This document shows, one piece after another, positions 57,891 to 64,000 of a DNA stretch of 64,000 nucleotides. The notes beneath the pieces are model-generated. The model was not told where the DNA came from, made no database searches, and worked only from the letters and a program-made list of their open reading frames with translations. Position numbers and translations under genes: made by a program. Every line of letters begins with the position of its first letter. The first letter of the stretch is position 1. Source of the stretch: Bacteroidaceae bacterium (GTDB taxonomy: Bacteria; Bacteroidota; Bacteroidia; Bacteroidales; Bacteroidaceae); contig JAFNXL010000034.1 in assembly GCA_017379075.1 (NCBI GenBank), positions 1,591 to 65,590 on the forward strand, given 5' to 3'.

Positions 57891-58667
57891 ATGAAGAAGA
57901 TCTTTATTTCACTTTTCGCCTTTATGGCAGTGCTTGGCGCTTTTGCCCAGGAAAAAAAGGAATTTAAGGTAATGACCTACAACATCATCCATGGCGCCAT
58001 GGCACCGTGGGAGGAGTTGAGCAAGTTCATCAGCCAGTTTCACCCCGATGTGGTGATGTTGCAGGAAATAGACATCAATACCCACCGCAAGAATGAGGAA
58101 CATCTGCATGACCGCAACCTCATTGCCGAACTGGGCTATCACACCAAGATGTTCTCTGCCTTCGGCAAGTCCATCTCCTTCTCCGGTGGCTATTACGGAC
58201 TGGGCCTTTTGTCCAAGTATCCCATTGTAAAGATGGAGCGTGTGCTGCTCCCCATGCTTTCGCCCAACCACGAACAACGTTCGCTGTTGATGGCAATTGT
58301 GGAGTTGGACAACGGAGACCAGATTTGCGTGGGCAGTACACACCTCGACCTCCATGCCGATGCCCGCATGGCACAGGTACAACACATCAACAAGGTGATG
58401 CTGGCAAACAATCTTCCCTCCATTGTGGCGGGCGATTTCAATGCCACACCCGACGAAAAGGAAATCAAGTATGGCATGAGCGAATGGATGCCTGCCATGG
58501 CAAACGATGCCTATACCTACCCCTCTGAAAAACCAGAGACAAAGATAGACTATGTGTTTGCCTATCCGCGTCAGGCATGGCAGGTCAAGTCTGCCATTGT
58601 ACCCCCCGTACAGATGTCAGATCATGCCCCCATTGTAGTGGAATATGAAATATTAACGACAAAATAG
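57891..58667 (+). CDS. Endonuclease/exonuclease/phosphatase (EEP) family protein
   Basis: Signal peptide, VVMLQE, GDFNATP and SDHAPIVVE. Confidence 0.8.
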   Translation: MKKIFISLFAFMAVLGAFAQEKKEFKVMTYNIIHGAMAPWEELSKFISQFHPDVVMLQEIDINTHRKNEEHLHDRNLIAELGYHTKMFSAFGKSISFSGGYYGLGLLSKYPIVKMERVLLPMLSPNHEQRSLLMAIVELDNGDQICVGSTHLDLHADARMAQVQHINKVMLANNLPSIVAGDFNATPDEKEIKYGMSEWMPAMANDAYTYPSEKPETKIDYVFAYPRQAWQVKSAIVPPVQMSDHAPIVVEYEILTTK

Positions 58668-58673
58668 AAAATC

Positions 58674-59828
58674 ATGAAAAAGAAAATCAAGATGGGAATG
58701 TTGGGCGGAGGCCCGGGTTCTTTTATTGGCCCTGTGCATCGTATGGCCGCCAATTTGGACGGTCTGATTGAACTGGTCTGCGGATGCTTCAGCTCTAACC
58801 CCGAAAAGTCTCTCCAGACAGGCAAGGAACTCTGTCTGCCCGAGAACCGTATATACACCTCTTACCAGGAAATGATAGAAAAGGAAGCCCAGCTTCCTGC
58901 CGAAGAACGAATGGATTTTCTTTCCATTGTCACCCCCAACCATGTACATTACGCACCTGCTGCCATGGCATTGGAGGCAGGTTTCAATGTGGCGCTTGAC
59001 AAGCCTATTACCTTCTCTCTTGAAGAGGCAAAGAGTCTGGCCGAAATTGTGGAGCGCACCGGCAAGCGCTTGTTGCTCACCCATACTTATAGCGGCTATC
59101 CATTGGTTAAAGAAGCGCGTTTCCGTGTGCAGCGAGGCGATTTGGGAAAGATTCGCCGTGTCTATGTGGAATATCCCCAGGGTTGGCTTTCAACAGACTG
59201 TGCTGCCGTAAACAAACAGGCCGCTTGGCGTGTAGATCCCACCCGTTCCGGTAAGGCCGGCTGTATTGGCGACATCGGTACCCATGCCTTCCACTTGGCA
59301 AATTATATCACAGGCCTGAAGCCACTGGAATTGTGTGCCGAACTCAACTCCTTTGTGCCCGACCGTCTGTTGGACGATGATGGAACCGTATTCATCCGTT
59401 ACGAAGGTGGCGCACGTTGTCTGCTCAGTGCCTCACAGGTTTGCGCCGGTGTGGAGAACGGACTCAATATCCGCATCTATGGTGAGAAGGGCGGATTGGA
59501 ATGGCGTCAGGACAGCCCCAACACCATGATTTTCCGTCCCGTAGACGGAGCAGCTGAGATGATTCGCACCAGCACACCCAGTATGGTTTCCCCTGCTGCC
59601 CTGCACAACAGCCGAGTGCCCGGTGGTCATCCCGAAGGATTCATTGAGGCGTTTGCAAACCTCTATCGCAACTTCGCCCTTACCCTCCAGGCAGATGCCG
59701 CCAAGGAAACACCTTGCGAATGCTGCACCGATTTCCCCTCAGTCCAGGATGGAATCGAAGGCATGCAGTTCGTGGATGCCGTGGTAAGTTCTTCAGCCCA
59801 GAATGCCGCTTGGGTAAAGTGGGTTTGA
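58674..59828 (+). CDS. Gfo/Idh/MocA-family oxidoreductase
   Basis: 384 aa. N-terminal Rossmann motif KMGMLGGGPGSFIG. Family-typical length. Confidence 0.75.
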   Translation: MKKKIKMGMLGGGPGSFIGPVHRMAANLDGLIELVCGCFSSNPEKSLQTGKELCLPENRIYTSYQEMIEKEAQLPAEERMDFLSIVTPNHVHYAPAAMALEAGFNVALDKPITFSLEEAKSLAEIVERTGKRLLLTHTYSGYPLVKEARFRVQRGDLGKIRRVYVEYPQGWLSTDCAAVNKQAAWRVDPTRSGKAGCIGDIGTHAFHLANYITGLKPLELCAELNSFVPDRLLDDDGTVFIRYEGGARCLLSASQVCAGVENGLNIRIYGEKGGLEWRQDSPNTMIFRPVDGAAEMIRTSTPSMVSPAALHNSRVPGGHPEGFIEAFANLYRNFALTLQADAAKETPCECCTDFPSVQDGIEGMQFVDAVVSSSAQNAAWVKWV

Positions 59829-59857
59829 TGTAATCCTATAGGCAACAACTCATAATG

Positions 59858-59899
59858 GGGTTAAGAAACCAGATACAAGTGGTTTCTTAACCCTTTTTT
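59858..59899 (+). terminator. Intrinsic terminator
   Basis: Perfect 14-bp stem gggttaagaaacca / tggtttcttaaccc followed by T6. Confidence 0.8.
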
Positions 59900-60110
59900 A
59901 GATATTCTAAATTCCGCATTTAATCATCAACGACCAATGAACATTGGAACGAATTACAAATGCGGATGAATAGAGAAACAACTATAATCTGTGGGAATCT
60001 GTCGCATCTGCGTGCCGTCTGGGGGGAGGGTCTGTTCAACGTTAATCGTTAAACTACACAGATGTTGTTGTAGGACAGTGGCGAATAAGTTCTTTCTCTA
60101 TGGTGAAAGT

Positions 60111-60194
60111 TATGTCCCAAGGTTTGGGATGTATATCCCAAGGCTTAGGACGTACATCCCAAAGCTTGAAACGTATATCCCAAAGCTTGGGATA
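60111..60194. repeat. Four 21-bp tandem repeats, each built around the palindrome TCCCAA-RGYT-TGGGA
   Basis: tatgtcccaaggtttgggatg / tatatcccaaggcttaggacg / tacatcccaaagcttgaaacg / tatatcccaaagcttgggata. Confidence 0.9.
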
Positions 60195-60390
60195 TACTTT
60201 TTATCGTTGACAAAAAACTTTTTCTCTTAATATGAAAAACAATTTTAGTTGTATAGGAAAAGAAATTTTAGGTAACTTTTTACAGATTAATATTTCAACA
60301 AGAATTTGCTCCCATTGCCATAGCATTTTTTGTTAATGTTCTTTATTTATTCCGATAATTGCATGTTTTTTTCAGTAATTCTTTAAACAA

Positions 60391-60426
60391 CAGAGCAGTA
60401 TCGCTTTTTGTGTCGATACTGCTCTG
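60391..60426 (-). terminator. Hairpin downstream of ligA
   Basis: 13-bp stem cagagcagtatcg / cgatactgctctg with a 10-nt loop, 29 nt past the ligA stop. Confidence 0.55.
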
Positions 60427-60454
60427 TCTGTTTAAGGTTTGTTGAGTGGGAGGA

Positions 60455-62512
<2,058 letters not shown>

Positions 62513-62569
62513 TTATGTATGCGCCAAGAATTAGCGCCATTCTTTTTTGCATAAACCGAATAAAAGCAT

Positions 62570-62577
62570 TACTTTTG
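62570..62577 (+). promoter_or_regulatory. -7 box (TACTTTTG) upstream of dapA
   Basis: It lies 22 nt upstream of the ATG at 62599, which supports the internal start. Confidence 0.4.
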
Positions 62578-62598
62578 CACCGTTTTTTTTACGAGTAT

Positions 62599-63486
62599 AT
62601 GGCAGTGAACAGATTCAAGGGGTTGGGCGTTGCCCTGATTACCCCTTTCAGGAGCGATAATTCAATAGATATAGAAGCTTTAGACCGTCTGGTGGAATAT
62701 CAGATTAAGGGCGGTGTGGATTTCTTGTGCATTATGGGAACCACAGCGGAAACACCGACTCTGACCACCGAGGAAAAGCAGATGCTCAAGAACCATCTTG
62801 TGGAGCGGGTCGCCGGACGTGTACCCTTGCTGATGGGTTGTGGTGGCAACAGTACGGCTGCGGTTGTGAACGAACTGCAAAGCTTTGACTGGAAGGGCAT
62901 TGATGGCATACTGAGCGTATGCCCCTATTATAACAAACCTTCTCAGGAGGGACTTTATCAGCATTACCGCGCGCTGGCACAAGCCAGTCCGCTTCCCATT
63001 GTGCTTTACAATGTGCCCGGCCGTACCGGGGTGAACATGACAGCAGAGACAACTTTGCGCCTGGCTCGCGACTTTGAAAACATCGTGGCCATAAAGGAAG
63101 CCAGCGGTAACATCACCCAGATGGATGACATCATTAAGAACAAACCTGAGAACTTTGACGTAATCAGTGGTGACGATGGCATCACTTTCCCTTTGATTAC
63201 CCTGGGAGCCGTGGGCGTTATCAGCGTTATCGGCAATGCATTGCCCTACGAATTCAGTCGCATGGTGCGTCTGGCATTGCGTGGCGAATACGAATCGGCC
63301 CGCACCATCCATCATAAGTTTACAGAATTGTTCAAGTTGCTCTTTGTGGACGGAAACCCTGCTGGCGTAAAGGCCATGCTGTCCGAAATGGGAATGATAC
63401 AGAACCAGTTGCGCCTGCCCTTGATTCCCACCCGTCTGACCACAATGAAGCAGATTTCAGATATTGTTCGCGATTTGGGGTATTGA
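62599..63486 (+). CDS. dapA: 4-hydroxy-tetrahydrodipicolinate synthase
   Basis: GVALITPF, MGTTAET, YNVPGRTG, and KEASG (Schiff-base Lys). The start was set at MAVNRFKGLG. Confidence 0.92.
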   Translation: MAVNRFKGLGVALITPFRSDNSIDIEALDRLVEYQIKGGVDFLCIMGTTAETPTLTTEEKQMLKNHLVERVAGRVPLLMGCGGNSTAAVVNELQSFDWKGIDGILSVCPYYNKPSQEGLYQHYRALAQASPLPIVLYNVPGRTGVNMTAETTLRLARDFENIVAIKEASGNITQMDDIIKNKPENFDVISGDDGITFPLITLGAVGVISVIGNALPYEFSRMVRLALRGEYESARTIHHKFTELFKLLFVDGNPAGVKAMLSEMGMIQNQLRLPLIPTRLTTMKQISDIVRDLGY

Positions 63487-63532
63487 GCGTTGAGCAGTGA
63501 GCAATGAGTTGTGAGCGGTGAGATTTGAGTGA
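63484..63532 (+). repeat. Array of seven 7-nt TGAGNNN units beginning with the dapA stop codon
   Basis: tgagcgt tgagcag tgagcaa tgagttg tgagcgg tgagatt tgagtga, followed by the hairpin gcgtct-gga-agacgc at 63537-63551. Confidence 0.85.
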
Positions 63533-63564
63533 ATTTGCGTCTGGAAGACGCCATTAATGTTTGA

Positions 63565-63950
63565 CCATAATAAAGCCGGAGGCTTGAAAGTCCCCTCATT
63601 TGTGTTTAGGTTTCAATTTTTACGTCATCCTGAACTTGTTTCAGGATCTCACAGCGAGCCTTTAATTGATCCTATCTCTGCGGACAGATGCTGAAACAAG
63701 TTCAGCATGACAATTCATTTGTACGCTAATAGTTAATAAACCAAATAATAGCCGGAGGCTTGAAAGCCCCCTCATTTGTGATTAAGTTTCAATCTTTACG
63801 TCATCCTGAACTTGTTTCAGGATCTCACAGCGAGCCTTTAATTGATCTATCTCCGCGGACAGATGCTGAAACAAGTTCAGCATGACAACTCATTTGTACG
63901 CTAATAGTTAATAAACCAAATAATAGCCGGAGGCTTGAAAGCCCCCGGCT
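63565..63950. repeat. About 2.2 copies of a 176-bp tandem repeat carrying paired CTGAAACAAGTTCAG palindromes
   Basis: ccaaataatagccggaggcttgaaag recurs at 63565, 63741 and 63916. Each unit contains tcatcctgaacttgtttcaggatc and gatgctgaaacaagttcagcatgac. The last partial unit forms the hairpin agccggaggcttgaaagcccccggct. Confidence 0.9.
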
Positions 63951-64000
63951 ATTTATTCTCCCGTCTTTCAGACGTTTTCTATGATTAACGTTGAACAAAT

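Noticed and set aside
59912-59966. Nested inverted repeats (tccgcattt ... aaatgcgga around ccaatg-aac-cattgg) as a possible small structured RNA.
   Set aside because: The stems are short (9 and 6 bp), it is a single occurrence, and I see no promoter box. The evidence is insufficient without expression or covariation data.
60036-60049. gttcaacgttaatc, and its reverse complement gattaacgttgaac at 63983-63996, as possible terminal inverted repeats bracketing ligA-dapA.
   Set aside because: The match is only 14-15 nt. By a rough estimate (about 4e9 position pairs times 4^-15), a few such matches are expected by chance in a 64 kb window counting both orientations. The similarity does not extend further, and the window ends before the second copy can be assessed.
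59991-60230. 79-aa ORF with a heptapeptide repeat (YIPRLRT / YIPKLET / YIPKLGI).
   Set aside because: The periodicity simply translates the 21-bp DNA tandem repeat. The ORF lies between two convergent terminators, and no -7 box is evident.

Overview
This 64 kb window looks like a Bacteroidota chromosome, probably Prevotellaceae-like. Supporting signs are a fused lpxC-fabZ, a T9SS sorting-domain protein, a CarboxypepD_reg TonB-dependent receptor, and TAnnTTTG -7 promoter boxes 10-40 nt upstream of many start codons. Most of the window is housekeeping: the lpxD/lpxC-fabZ/lpxA cluster, pyrF, prfA, purM, aroE, menG, purC, phoH, recA, dnaK, kdsC, maf, sdaA, tldD/pmbA, an lptD-like gene, tRNA-Gly(UCC), ligA and dapA. 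The exception is a visibly AT-richer accessory island at about 20.4-34.3 kb, between dnaK and a sulfatase/vsr pair, and no ORF in it looks like a recombinase. One strand of the island carries a tightly packed array (junctions of 18 nt or less, apart from the HTH gene): XRE-HTH, an unannotated 48-codon ORF, DUF4393 (Abi-alpha), a DUF262/DUF1524 GmrSD-like gene, a compact Wadjet-like jetABCD, and a Fic protein with a non-canonical motif. Diverging from that array is a translationally coupled pair, an ABC/OLD-type ATPase plus a 200-aa putative nuclease, that I cannot assign to a named defence family. This pair is my best candidate for an undescribed system. The window also holds several intergenic repeat families: TGAG heptad arrays that begin at stop codons, a GGACGCAGC-NNN-GCTGCGTCC palindrome, four 21-bp palindromic tandem repeats, a 176-bp tandem repeat, and a perfect 22-bp inverted repeat. 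All functional calls come from motif recognition by eye. No database search was run.
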